DNA of 64,000 bases from a virus (Duplodnaviria; Caudoviricetes), in IMG/VR virus record IMGVR_UViG_3300021540_000004, positions 32,001 through 96,000 of that record. One strand, given 5' to 3'. The position numbers were made by a program, and so were the translations under genes. The notes under the pieces are model-generated. The model was not told the DNA's origin. It saw nothing but the letters and a program-made list of their open reading frames with translations, and searched no databases. Positions 38,447 to 47,982 of the stretch are shown in pieces; position 1 is the stretch's first letter, and each line of letters opens with the position of its first letter.

Positions 38447-38917
38447 ATGGGATATGTGAAAGATAACAAAAACTTACTAACATATAACCAATGGTCCGCA
38501 GGAGAATATGAAAACAGCCCAGACATATTTGTAGTAAAATATTATATAAAAAATATAAATACTACTGAATATTCAGACATCGGTGAATTATCGATAAAAC
38601 TAACAAGAACAGAAAATGGTGGAACTGGAGGATCATATGGACAAATATCCTACGAAAATAGTATACCTAACAAAACATTAACTGCTTCAGCAACAATTAA
38701 AACAAAAGAAACTGAAGTAGACATGATATTACTTGACAAGCTAAGTACTCAGGAATTTAAAGCGAAATATGTGCGGGTGCCGACAAATTTTTGTGGTAAT
38801 GTTAATGTTTCATTAGAAAGTAATGAATTAAACAGTTCATTCGCTATTCAATTTAATAATCGGGGAAATAAAAACGATTTCTTATATGTTGACAATACAT
38901 CATTAATTATAAGTTAG
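38447..38917 (+). CDS. Receptor-binding-domain cassette 10 (inverted; has own ATG GGA TAT before the site)
   Basis: GTGAAAGATA at 38456; NLL.YNQWSAGEY, SDIGE.S, YVDN. Confidence 0.85.
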   Translation: MGYVKDNKNLLTYNQWSAGEYENSPDIFVVKYYIKNINTTEYSDIGELSIKLTRTENGGTGGSYGQISYENSIPNKTLTASATIKTKETEVDMILLDKLSTQEFKAKYVRVPTNFCGNVNVSLESNELNSSFAIQFNNRGNKNDFLYVDNTSLIIS

Positions 38918-39369
38918 TGAAAGATACTAATAATTTATTAAATTTTAACTATTGGTCCGCAGGCGAGTATGAAAATAAACTAAATTACATGATAACAATT
39001 GATTCTGGAGCAATAATTACTAATGAATACTCAGATATTGGTGAATCATCAATAAAACAAATAAGAACTGCAGATGGTGCAAGTGGTGGGTCATATATTA
39101 GAATAAACTATAACAATAGTATCATTAATAAAACCATAACAGCATCAGCAACAATCAAAACAACAGACTATGATGTAGATGTAATTATTGGAGAAAAAGC
39201 TGATGTAACTAATGCATATTCAACAGTTGTACCAGCTAATTCCTGTAGGAATGTTAGTGTTTCATTAGTTAGTTCATCTTCGAATACTTCCTTTTTTATT
39301 CAAGTCAATAATCGTGGAAATAAAAATTCTGTTGTGTATGTTGATAATATCTCATTATTTTCGAGTTAG
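38917..39369 (+). CDS. Receptor-binding-domain cassette 9 (inverted)
   Basis: GTGAAAGATA at 38917; same motifs. Confidence 0.85.
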   Translation: MKDTNNLLNFNYWSAGEYENKLNYMITIDSGAIITNEYSDIGESSIKQIRTADGASGGSYIRINYNNSIINKTITASATIKTTDYDVDVIIGEKADVTNAYSTVVPANSCRNVSVSLVSSSSNTSFFIQVNNRGNKNSVVYVDNISLFSS

Positions 39370-39812
39370 TGAAAGAAAACCAAAATCAGATGGAGCATAA
39401 TATATGGAGTGGAACAGAATATAAAAACAACCTAGAAGACATAGATTACATCACAAATACATTAAATGCAAATCAAAGCACGTATTGGTCTAGTATTGGA
39501 GAAACATCACTACACCTAAAATCAACAATAAACAGTTACCAACATGCTATTTTTAAAAAAATAAATGTCGAACAGGACACTAATTTAACAGTAGAATGTG
39601 ATATATTACATAAAACCGGTGAAAACATACAATTAAGGATATTTCAAGATACTGCCAATTTTACTGATGTTGACATACCTATAAATAATAATCCTATGCA
39701 TGCCAGTGTATCCAGTTTAATAACCAAATCCCAAACCATACATATACTATTAATTTTAAGAAATAATACTGATGAAGCATACATTGATAATATAAAACTA
39801 ACTACGGATTAA
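39369..39812 (+). CDS. Receptor-binding-domain cassette 8 (inverted)
   Basis: GTGAAAGAAA at 39369; NIWSGTEY, SSIGETS, YIDNI. Confidence 0.85.
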   Translation: MKENQNQMEHNIWSGTEYKNNLEDIDYITNTLNANQSTYWSSIGETSLHLKSTINSYQHAIFKKINVEQDTNLTVECDILHKTGENIQLRIFQDTANFTDVDIPINNNPMHASVSSLITKSQTIHILLILRNNTDEAYIDNIKLTTD

Positions 39813-40230
39813 TTCAATATTATCTAAATAAAATGATTTTTTATATAATGTTGTACACATAACTTTAATAGACGAGTTTGTTGTTTCTGCTGAAACGGAA
39901 AATCTTCCCAGTGAATTTTCAGGTATTCTAACTATTCCAATATTATCCCCATCATTAATAAATATATTAACCACATTATTTGGTGAATATACATCTGCTT
40001 CAAAAGTGAATGAATTACTGCCCGTTAAACCAGTTAATACACAAACAGTTATGCTACCCATTAATGTTTCATGTGTTCTAGTTATTTTTAAACTATTTTC
40101 ACCTTTTGTGCTCCATTCTTTTGATGGTTGGATTATTGAACCGTTCATATTACTGAAATCTGTAGTGTTTTGTAAGTAATCCGTTCCACTCCATTGGTTA
40201 TATGATAGTAGGTTGTTTGTATACTTTCAC
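39798..40230 (-). pseudogene. Receptor-binding-domain cassette 7 with a 1-nt insertion in its head site
   Basis: GTGAAAG[T]ATACAAACAACCTA; removing 40223 restores VKDTNNLLSYNQWSGTDY in frame with ORF 39798..40148. Confidence 0.8.
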
Positions 40231-40649
40231 GGAACAGTAATTAATGCAATATCATCAATATATATGGAAGCATTCATAGTGTCTGATAAAAAACGAACCC
40301 CCCTAATATTTTCATTATCAACTTGAATAGATAGCGTTTGTATTTGATTACTTGGCTGAAACATAACATAAGAAGTACTGTCTGTTCCATATTTAACCAT
40401 TACTCTACCAGTACCTTCAGGAGAATATATTTTTACTGTTAATTTATAATTATCCGTTGGAAGTGTAATATCATGGTCTGATATATAATCCACAATATTT
40501 GGGCCTGTTCGTGTTAATTTTAAACTTCTCTCACCATCATAACTCCAGTTATTAGATGAAATAGGGTTTCTAGTAAATCCTGTAATGTTTTGATTATAAT
40601 CTGTTCCACTCCAAACATTATATGGCAATAAGTTATTAGTATCTTTCAC
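40227..40649 (-). CDS. Receptor-binding-domain cassette 6
   Basis: GTGAAAGATA at 40649; NVWSGTDY, GERSLKL, YIDDI. Confidence 0.85.
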   Translation of the reverse strand: MKDTNNLLPYNVWSGTDYNQNITGFTRNPISSNNWSYDGERSLKLTRTGPNIVDYISDHDITLPTDNYKLTVKIYSPEGTGRVMVKYGTDSTSYVMFQPSNQIQTLSIQVDNENIRGVRFLSDTMNASIYIDDIALITVP

Positions 40650-40655
40650 AGAATA

Positions 40656-41117
40656 TTAAATGGATTCATAAGTTATTTTTAGATCATCTACAAAAATACT
40701 TGAACCAACAACATCATGAGTATATAATTGTAATCTTAAACGTTCAACTGCATCACCAGTAGTTAATGTTATTGTTGTTTTTTGTGTTGTATTTGCAGGA
40801 ATAGTAGTAAATACTTGATGATTAACATTATTACCCTGTTCTATTGCCATTAAAACAGCATCATTATTTGATGTTTTATAAGTTGCTGATACAGTTACTA
40901 AAACATTATGTTCTGTGAATGGTTGTAATAAATACATACTATATCCATTTTGACTTAAACGTGTTAATTTTAAACTTTCTTCACCAATACTAGAATATTG
41001 GTTAGTTGATTCGATATTAACACAACCAACAACATTAGGTAAAAATTCTGTTATTGTGTGGTTATATTCCCCAACACTCCATGCGTTATGGTTTAAGATA
41101 TTATTATTATCTTTCAC
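40656..41117 (-). CDS. Receptor-binding-domain cassette 5
   Basis: GTGAAAGATA at 41117; NAWSVGEY, SIGEESLKL, FVDDL. Confidence 0.85.
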   Translation of the reverse strand: MKDNNNILNHNAWSVGEYNHTITEFLPNVVGCVNIESTNQYSSIGEESLKLTRLSQNGYSMYLLQPFTEHNVLVTVSATYKTSNNDAVLMAIEQGNNVNHQVFTTIPANTTQKTTITLTTGDAVERLRLQLYTHDVVGSSIFVDDLKITYESI

Positions 41118-41566
41118 AAACTAGTTAATGATAAATTATCAAAATAGGAGGACTTATTTAGGCTTTTAATAGTAATACGTAAAGCAACACTAGTAACTTC
41201 TTTGTCTTGATGAGATTTTGCATTTAAAGTAATTAGTTGTGGTTTATCCGAAGATGGAATAGAAATGTAGTCCATATGTTGTGAATCGTCAGAATAAAAA
41301 AAAACAATACCTAATATTATTTCTGATGTTGGTGTGTAAATAGTGGATTTTCCTTGTAGGTCATTATATTCTCCATATAGTAAATATTGTACCCACATAT
41401 ACTGGTCATCAATAGTAGTGGCTTTAAATGATTGTTCTCCAATACTTGAATATTCATTTGTTAATGTAATTTTTAATCCTGGAGCAATGATTAACCCTGA
41501 AGTATTTTTATTGTATTCTCCACCACTCCAAATGTTGTGTGGTATTAGATTGTTATTATCTTTCAC
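41114..41566 (-). CDS. Receptor-binding-domain cassette 4
   Basis: GTGAAAGATA at 41566; NIWSGGEY, SIGEQS, YFDNL. Confidence 0.85.
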   Translation of the reverse strand: MKDNNNLIPHNIWSGGEYNKNTSGLIIAPGLKITLTNEYSSIGEQSFKATTIDDQYMWVQYLLYGEYNDLQGKSTIYTPTSEIILGIVFFYSDDSQHMDYISIPSSDKPQLITLNAKSHQDKEVTSVALRITIKSLNKSSYFDNLSLTSL

Positions 41567-42015
41567 AAACTAATTAATGATAAATCATCCCAATAGCATG
41601 GTTGATTAATAGCATATATTAAAATACGTAAAGCAACACTAGTAACCTCTTTATCCGGGTCGGATTGTAAGTTTAATGTAATTAGCTGTGGTTCATCCGA
41701 ACGTGAAACAGTTACACCACCCGTGCTAAAAGAACCATCAGAATAATAAAAAACAATATATAAACTACTTCTTCCTAGTGGTGTGTAGATGATTGATTTT
41801 CCTTGAACATTAGTATATTCTCCAAGTACTGTTGATTGTGCCCAATGATTGTTTTCATTGATTCTTTCACATTTAAAAGAGTGTTCTCCAATAATTGAGT
41901 ATTCATTTGTTACCATAACATCAAATCCAGTAAAACATGTTAATTCGGAGATGTTTTTAGTATATTCCCCTGCAGACCATTGGTTGTGTGTTAGTAGGTT
42001 ATTGTTATCTTTCAC
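41563..42015 (-). CDS. Receptor-binding-domain cassette 3
   Basis: GTGAAAGATA at 42015; NQWSAGEY, IIGEHS, YWDDL. Confidence 0.85.
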   Translation of the reverse strand: MKDNNNLLTHNQWSAGEYTKNISELTCFTGFDVMVTNEYSIIGEHSFKCERINENNHWAQSTVLGEYTNVQGKSIIYTPLGRSSLYIVFYYSDGSFSTGGVTVSRSDEPQLITLNLQSDPDKEVTSVALRILIYAINQPCYWDDLSLISL

Positions 42016-42018
42016 AGA

Positions 42019-42468
42019 TTAAACATACTCTAATGTAAAATTATCAACAAAAACAATATTATTTTCAGAAGATAAAATCCTCAAAGAAACAGATTTAAGA
42101 GTTTCTTGTTTAGTTGGGTATGTATTAACAATTATTTTATTAAAAGTGTTATTAACTGGTACAGAAGCTCCTCTAATGTCTTGAGTATTATCTAAATATG
42201 TAAAAACAATTAATAAACTAGTTGTGCCAGATGTTAAAATATTTGCTGTTCCTTTAAAAGTAGTGTTGGTTGGATTACTTAATATGCAGTCTAAACGTAG
42301 ATATGAGTTTCCAATACTATTTATTTGTAGACAGTTCTCACCTATTATGGAATTCTTGTTTGATAAATATGTGGTTACTCCACTACCAATGTAAAAATCA
42401 TTTAATGTATTATTATATTCTCCACTACTCCATTGATTAAATGTTAAGAGATTATTGGTATCTTTCAC
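42019..42468 (-). CDS. Receptor-binding-domain cassette 2
   Basis: GTGAAAGATA at 42468; NQWSSGEY, IIGENC, FVDNF. Confidence 0.85.
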   Translation of the reverse strand: MKDTNNLLTFNQWSSGEYNNTLNDFYIGSGVTTYLSNKNSIIGENCLQINSIGNSYLRLDCILSNPTNTTFKGTANILTSGTTSLLIVFTYLDNTQDIRGASVPVNNTFNKIIVNTYPTKQETLKSVSLRILSSENNIVFVDNFTLEYV

Positions 42469-43403
42469 TGACTTGAAATAAAATTTATATTATCTAAATA
42501 ACATGAACTATTAATATTTCCATTATTCACAACTTGTACTACAAATCTAACGTTTTCGGAAGTAGTAACTAATGATAATGTTGTATTAGTACAAGTATTT
42601 TTAGGTATTATTGTAGATACATGATTTAGGTTAGTTACATCTGAAAATTCATATAAAAATATTTTTATTGGCGATTTAGTGTTAATATCTAATTTTACAG
42701 TAATAGTTTTTGAATATATGCTGTTACGATAGTTTATTCTTACCCATGATGTTTCTTGTAGTTTTATTACTTTTAATGAGTTTTCACCAATACTACTCCA
42801 TTCATTAGTATGTATTAATGAAGTATGTTCAGATGATTCTACATCGAATCCGGTTTTTTCTTTTTCATATTCACTTCCAGACCATTGGTTAAATGTTAAT
42901 AGGTTATTAGTATCTTTCACAAACACGGATAAAATATTCGATTTCCACACAGAACCTGAGACGGTGACTTCAGCGTATACATAGTATATGCCTACTCCTA
43001 GTATTGTTCCGTCGAAAGTGTAATTGTATCGGCTGTTGGTGCTGTCCCATGTTGCTGTTCCTAGTACTGTTCCATCAACTTTTTTAACTGTACAGGTTAC
43101 ATTGCTTCCGATACCTGTGATTCCGCTTATGTACACTGTTTCGGTGGTGGTGTCTGTTATCCCTATCTTGGTTAGGCCTTCGAATGATGGTGTTCCGTCG
43201 TGGAAGCATAGGTATGGGTTTCCTGTTGTGGTGATGTATCGTGTTAGTCTTTCGTTGTTGATTCTATCTTTGTTGGTGAATGATGTTATTTTTCCTTGTA
43301 CATCTACAGTGTTTATTTTTTTGTCTAGTAAAGTGTCTACTTCGGTTTCTGTGTAAAATATTCCTTTTAACCAAGTTAAAAAGTCTGTTGTAAATTTTGC
43401 CAT
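42465..43403 (-). CDS. Tail fibre/adhesin expression locus: constant N-terminus fused in frame to cassette 1
   Basis: N-terminal LTWLKGIFYTETEVDTLL anchor shared with other fibres; internal VKDTNNLLTFNQWSG starts at GTGAAAGATA 42920. Confidence 0.85.
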   Translation of the reverse strand: MAKFTTDFLTWLKGIFYTETEVDTLLDKKINTVDVQGKITSFTNKDRINNERLTRYITTTGNPYLCFHDGTPSFEGLTKIGITDTTTETVYISGITGIGSNVTCTVKKVDGTVLGTATWDSTNSRYNYTFDGTILGVGIYYVYAEVTVSGSVWKSNILSVFVKDTNNLLTFNQWSGSEYEKEKTGFDVESSEHTSLIHTNEWSSIGENSLKVIKLQETSWVRINYRNSIYSKTITVKLDINTKSPIKIFLYEFSDVTNLNHVSTIIPKNTCTNTTLSLVTTSENVRFVVQVVNNGNINSSCYLDNINFISSQ

Positions 43404-43514
43404 AACTAAATTTTTTTCCTTTATTTTTGTTCCTATATTATTATTTTAATATAATTTATTAATTTTAATAAGCTTTATTTTCGTTTAAGTAAAATTTATA
43501 ATCTTTATTTGTTT

Positions 43515-45758
43515 TTAACTAACATTCACATGACACATTCCAGCTGCAACAATCTTATTAGTCGAATTAGCAAAGTATACACGAATATGATATACTCCTG
43601 CATTATTTATTGTATATTCATACCAACCATAACTCAATGGATATCTAGTAAATGATGCTCCATTATTCCAATCAATATAAACATATCCGTTTAAATAATT
43701 ATTGTTCTGGTCAGAGCAACCAAGATATAATTTCGCCCCGGCAGATATGGATATATTACTTAAATTCTCTGGTGATGAACGCCAATCTTTACCAGTATGT
43801 GTGATATGTGCTTTAAATACTTTTACACTGGACATAGCATTTAATCCACTGTATACTGCTCCACTGGTAATTAACTTATCACTTCCACTTGTTCCACCAC
43901 TACTACTATCTATTATGCTGGATGTGTTTAATTTATCTAACTCAATGGTATTATCTGCAATATTACTATTAATAATAGTTTTACTCAAATCATTCGTTAA
44001 CTCAGACAATTTAGTTGGAATGTCGCTTGTTGATGCTATTTGATACCATTCAGACCAAGATGGGAGATTTGTAGTTGAATCAAGACTTCCTGCAGTTCTA
44101 AAAAAGATTTTATGAGCGTTATTATTCTGAAAAGCAATCTGTGCAACTTTCCCACCAATACCTGAAGATATAACTAACAAGTGCATTGAAGGATTACCTG
44201 TCCAAGGTAAATCACCATCTAAATTAGACATTTTTCCATATCCACAAACATACTTACCATTATGCTCATTTAAATACAATGCATCTATATTATGTGAATG
44301 AGCAGTTTCTCCTATCGTAGTAATATTCAAATCACTCCAAGGATGTGTATGGCCAGTATCAGACTTCCCACTCAAGGCAGTGTTTAATGCTTTTCCTTGT
44401 TTAGCAGATAATGCATCACTTGAAGAATCAGAAGACAAACTATCTACAACATTTACCTTATTAAAAGTAGATTGTGCAATATTGGAACCGTTTGCAAGTA
44501 ATAAATTAGTGTTTCCACTTGTTTTACTAATTTTTCCACTTAATCCACTGTATACTGCTCCACTGGTAATTAACTTACTAGAATCCTCTGTTCCACCACT
44601 TGTAGTATCATAAACATCACTATTCAGTTTACTTAGTGTAACACCAGTATCTTTTATCTTGAATTGTCCATTATTTAATTCTAAAGTTGAGTTGTCCGCA
44701 GTATATACATCAACTAAATCTGTAACATTAATATATAAATGTTCATCAGTAGCACTGCTGTCTTTTGTGTTGATAATAAAATCTAAATATTTATCCCCTA
44801 CTTTATACCCTGATACTGGTTGATTTGCTTTTGTACATGTTCCTACACTTGCACTTTTTACAAGATAATCTTTTGGTATATCAATTACACCAATACTGGA
44901 ATCACCTTGTTTAATTTCATATGTTGCAATATAACCAGTTGTAGCAGTGCTTAATTTTGTTAAAGTAACTGTTTTTCCATTTAATGCAGTGTTTAATGCT
45001 TTTCCTTGTGCTGCTGACAGTGCGTCTGTTGTGGAATCAGAATAAAGACTATTTTCAACATTAGGAATTTCATCAGTTGTGGGGAATGTTTTCCATTCAA
45101 GCCAAATATCATCACCATTATTATCTTTACCAAACATTACTCGATAATAAACTTTATTTTTAACATTATCATCGGTTATTGGGAATAAAATTTGAATAAG
45201 ATAATTAGCCATCCTATAATCAATTACACGAAGATAAAAAGCCCTTTTATCTGTGAATGGCATATTATTTATAGTTGGAACACTATTTTTTGAACAAGTG
45301 AATAATCCTTCTTGTTTATAATTGTTTAAGTCATTGTTTACTGTTTCTCCATCAACAGTAATAGTCGCGGGTATTGGATTATTTCCAGTACCTCCAAGAT
45401 ATCTCCAACTACCCCATGTTGAATTTTTATAACTTCTTACATAAACCATCGTTGTATATGATTCGAGGTTATAAACAGTTTGAATTAAAGTACTATTAGC
45501 ATCACTAAAATTTTTATTTTCAATAATGCAAGTTGAACTACCAATAAACGGTTTATTTTTTAATGTTGCACTATTACCACTTGTACAAGTATAAATACCT
45601 TGTGTTGTAATATCATTTAAATCCGTATCTTCAAGTAATTCTTGTGTTACCCCTATATCTGCACCCTTGTGACTATGCACAACATCTGCTTTACCAGTTA
45701 ATTTATTATCAAATAGCTTAACAGAAGCTTCTTCTAAAATTGTTTCTTTATCCGCCAT
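43515..45758 (-). CDS. Mosaic tail fibre with three knob-like domains
   Basis: DLN.....G.Y.C...Q.....Y.R....W..W units; DALSA.QGKALN repeats. Confidence 0.75.
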   Translation of the reverse strand: MADKETILEEASVKLFDNKLTGKADVVHSHKGADIGVTQELLEDTDLNDITTQGIYTCTSGNSATLKNKPFIGSSTCIIENKNFSDANSTLIQTVYNLESYTTMVYVRSYKNSTWGSWRYLGGTGNNPIPATITVDGETVNNDLNNYKQEGLFTCSKNSVPTINNMPFTDKRAFYLRVIDYRMANYLIQILFPITDDNVKNKVYYRVMFGKDNNGDDIWLEWKTFPTTDEIPNVENSLYSDSTTDALSAAQGKALNTALNGKTVTLTKLSTATTGYIATYEIKQGDSSIGVIDIPKDYLVKSASVGTCTKANQPVSGYKVGDKYLDFIINTKDSSATDEHLYINVTDLVDVYTADNSTLELNNGQFKIKDTGVTLSKLNSDVYDTTSGGTEDSSKLITSGAVYSGLSGKISKTSGNTNLLLANGSNIAQSTFNKVNVVDSLSSDSSSDALSAKQGKALNTALSGKSDTGHTHPWSDLNITTIGETAHSHNIDALYLNEHNGKYVCGYGKMSNLDGDLPWTGNPSMHLLVISSGIGGKVAQIAFQNNNAHKIFFRTAGSLDSTTNLPSWSEWYQIASTSDIPTKLSELTNDLSKTIINSNIADNTIELDKLNTSSIIDSSSGGTSGSDKLITSGAVYSGLNAMSSVKVFKAHITHTGKDWRSSPENLSNISISAGAKLYLGCSDQNNNYLNGYVYIDWNNGASFTRYPLSYGWYEYTINNAGVYHIRVYFANSTNKIVAAGMCHVNVS

Positions 45759-47210
45759 AATTTAATCAATTCTTTTATATAAAAATAATAATAGTTAATT
45801 AGTTTTATTTTTTTTATGATACATTTATCAATTTACTACTAACTGTACTTCTAACAGTTCCTGATCCTCTTGCAAATAACATTACATTATGCACACCTGT
45901 TGGAAATTTGCTGCTAACAGTTAAAGTACCGGTTTTACCTTCACTATCAGTAGTTCTCTCATATTGAACACCATTTAAATAAATAAAAACAGTTTTCCCA
46001 TTTATATCAAAGTCAGGGTCATCACAACTAATCTTCGCATATAATCTATGAGGGTCATGACCCCTTGTTACTTCAAGTATTTGTTTTAATTCACTTGTTT
46101 CCGGGTCATCATAACGATAAAGATTAACTCTTAAACTATTATCGTAATATTGTCTCATAAAAGATGTTAAAGCACTATTAACCGCTCCACTAGTAATTAA
46201 CTTACTAGAACCACTTGTTCCCCCACTAGTACTATCTATTACACTGGATGTGTTTAATTTGCTTAATTCTATGGTGGAATTTGAAATGTCTTCATTAACT
46301 ATTGTACCATTAGCAATATTGGTGGATGTTACTGTACCTGTACCAGTTTTAAGATAAGTTCCATCGTGATTATGACTATATACTGCTCCACTAGTAATTA
46401 ATTTATCACTTCCACTTGTTCCTCCAGTAGTATCATCAATTACACTTGATACGTTTAATTTGCCTAGCTCAATGGTATTATCTGCAATATTACTATTAAT
46501 AATAGTTTTACTCAAATCATTCGTTAACTCTGATAATTTGGTTGGAATATCGTTTATACTTGCTACTTCTTGCCATGAACTCCATTGGGATTGACCGTTG
46601 TTGTATGTTCTCCAAAATACTTTAGGTGAGTCTTTATCAACCAAGTAAGCCACTTGAACGATTTTTCCATTTGTATTACCATATACAAATAAATCCATTG
46701 GATAATCATCCGTCCAAGGCAAGATTCCTCCAACATTACCATTAGTCATGTTTTTTCCGGCACAATAATATTTTCCTTGATATGCCTCTGTTTTTAAGTC
46801 ATCTAAATTATACTCATTTGGATTCTGACCAATTGTTGTTGAATCAATAAATGATTTTTTAGTAACTGTAGATGCTAATTGAGTTGCTGTTACTGCCCCA
46901 TCATCTATTTTTTTAGTAGTAACTGCTTTTGAACCCAACTGGGTAGCAGTGATTCCACCATCTGTAACTCCTAACGTCGTCTTGTTGGTGATTTCCATAC
47001 TTGTGCCAGCAGTATCAATTTTTCCACTTAATCCACTGTATACTGCTCCACTGGTAATTAACTTACTAGAATCCTCTGTTCCACCAGCAGTATCATCTAT
47101 AACACTGGATGCGTTTAATTTATCTAACTCAATAGTATTATCTGCAATATTACTATTAATAATAGTTTTACTCAAATCATTCGTTAACTCAGACAATTTA
47201 GTTGGAATAT
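43841..47210. repeat. Near-identical ~170-190 bp direct repeats shared between the two fibre genes
   Basis: Approximate copies at 43841-44022, 46379-46549 and 47021-47210, partial at 44531-44600; all full copies carry TTATCTGCAATATTACTATTAATAATAGTTTTACTCAAATCATTCGTTAACTC. Confidence 0.85.
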
Positions 47211-47868
47211 CCGTTTTACGTGCTATTTGTTGCCATTTGCTCCAGTTAGTACCGGGATTATATGCTCTCCAATAAGCAAGAGTATGATCTGCAGTTGAAC
47301 TAGTGAAAATCCTATATGCAATTTGAACAGTTCTCTGTCCATTATTATTAAAAACCCATAATAAAAGACCTTGACTTGTTGATGATTCATCAGCCCATGG
47401 ATAATTTAATAAATTACCAATATTACTATAAGAACACCAATATTTTCCTTGTGATTCAACCCCCACTAAAGTATCTAAATCATATTTATTAGAAGGATCA
47501 GCACCAATTGATGTAGTATTATAAAATGTGTCTTTTTTAACATTATCATCTAATTTTATAGCACTGATTGTATTATCGTCAATATCTTCATTAACTATTG
47601 TACCATTAGCAATATTTTCACTTGTTACAGTACCTGTACCATTCTTAATATAAATACTATCATGATTATGGTCTTTTGTTGCTTTATTATTTAATTCATT
47701 TGTTAATACATTATTTTCTACAGGATTTGTACTTGTTGTTGATAATGTTTTATCCGCAGGGTGTGTATGGTCTACATTACTTTTAGTTAATAATAAATCA
47801 TCTACCTCTGTTTCTGTGTAAAATTTTTCTTTTAACCATGTGAGTAAGTCTTTATCTAATAGTACCAT
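45814..47868 (-). CDS. Mosaic tail fibre with two knob-like domains and a C-terminal Ig-like domain
   Basis: LTWLKEKFYTETEVD anchor; repeated IPTKLSELTNDLSKTIINSNIADNTIEL and KLITSGAVYS; LNGVQYERTTDSEGKTG. Confidence 0.75.
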   Translation of the reverse strand: MVLLDKDLLTWLKEKFYTETEVDDLLLTKSNVDHTHPADKTLSTTSTNPVENNVLTNELNNKATKDHNHDSIYIKNGTGTVTSENIANGTIVNEDIDDNTISAIKLDDNVKKDTFYNTTSIGADPSNKYDLDTLVGVESQGKYWCSYSNIGNLLNYPWADESSTSQGLLLWVFNNNGQRTVQIAYRIFTSSTADHTLAYWRAYNPGTNWSKWQQIARKTDIPTKLSELTNDLSKTIINSNIADNTIELDKLNASSVIDDTAGGTEDSSKLITSGAVYSGLSGKIDTAGTSMEITNKTTLGVTDGGITATQLGSKAVTTKKIDDGAVTATQLASTVTKKSFIDSTTIGQNPNEYNLDDLKTEAYQGKYYCAGKNMTNGNVGGILPWTDDYPMDLFVYGNTNGKIVQVAYLVDKDSPKVFWRTYNNGQSQWSSWQEVASINDIPTKLSELTNDLSKTIINSNIADNTIELGKLNVSSVIDDTTGGTSGSDKLITSGAVYSHNHDGTYLKTGTGTVTSTNIANGTIVNEDISNSTIELSKLNTSSVIDSTSGGTSGSSKLITSGAVNSALTSFMRQYYDNSLRVNLYRYDDPETSELKQILEVTRGHDPHRLYAKISCDDPDFDINGKTVFIYLNGVQYERTTDSEGKTGTLTVSSKFPTGVHNVMLFARGSGTVRSTVSSKLINVS

Positions 47869-47982
47869 AATTATCTTGTTTTTTTTATTATTCTCTCTAT
47901 AAAATATCCTTTTATTTTAAAATAAGTGATGGAAGAAGTTTATTATATATTAAACTCCTTTACCATCCAATAGTTTATAATA

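Larger units (their letters stand above)
38456..42920. repeat. Ten GTGAAAGA(TA.(C/T)AA) cassette-head repeats, 7 on - and 3 on +
   Basis: GTG first base at 42920, 42468, 42015, 41566, 41117, 40649, 40230 (-) and 38456, 38917, 39369 (+); spacing about 420-470 nt. Confidence 0.9.

Noticed and set aside
38456-42920. CRISPR array or integron attC cassettes
   Set aside because: Repeats are short, in coding phase, about 450 nt apart, in both orientations and lack attC-type palindromes
38447-43403. Diversity-generating retroelement as the explanation for the paralogous domains
   Set aside because: No reverse transcriptase in the window, and the copies differ throughout with indels rather than only at adenines of a near-identical template
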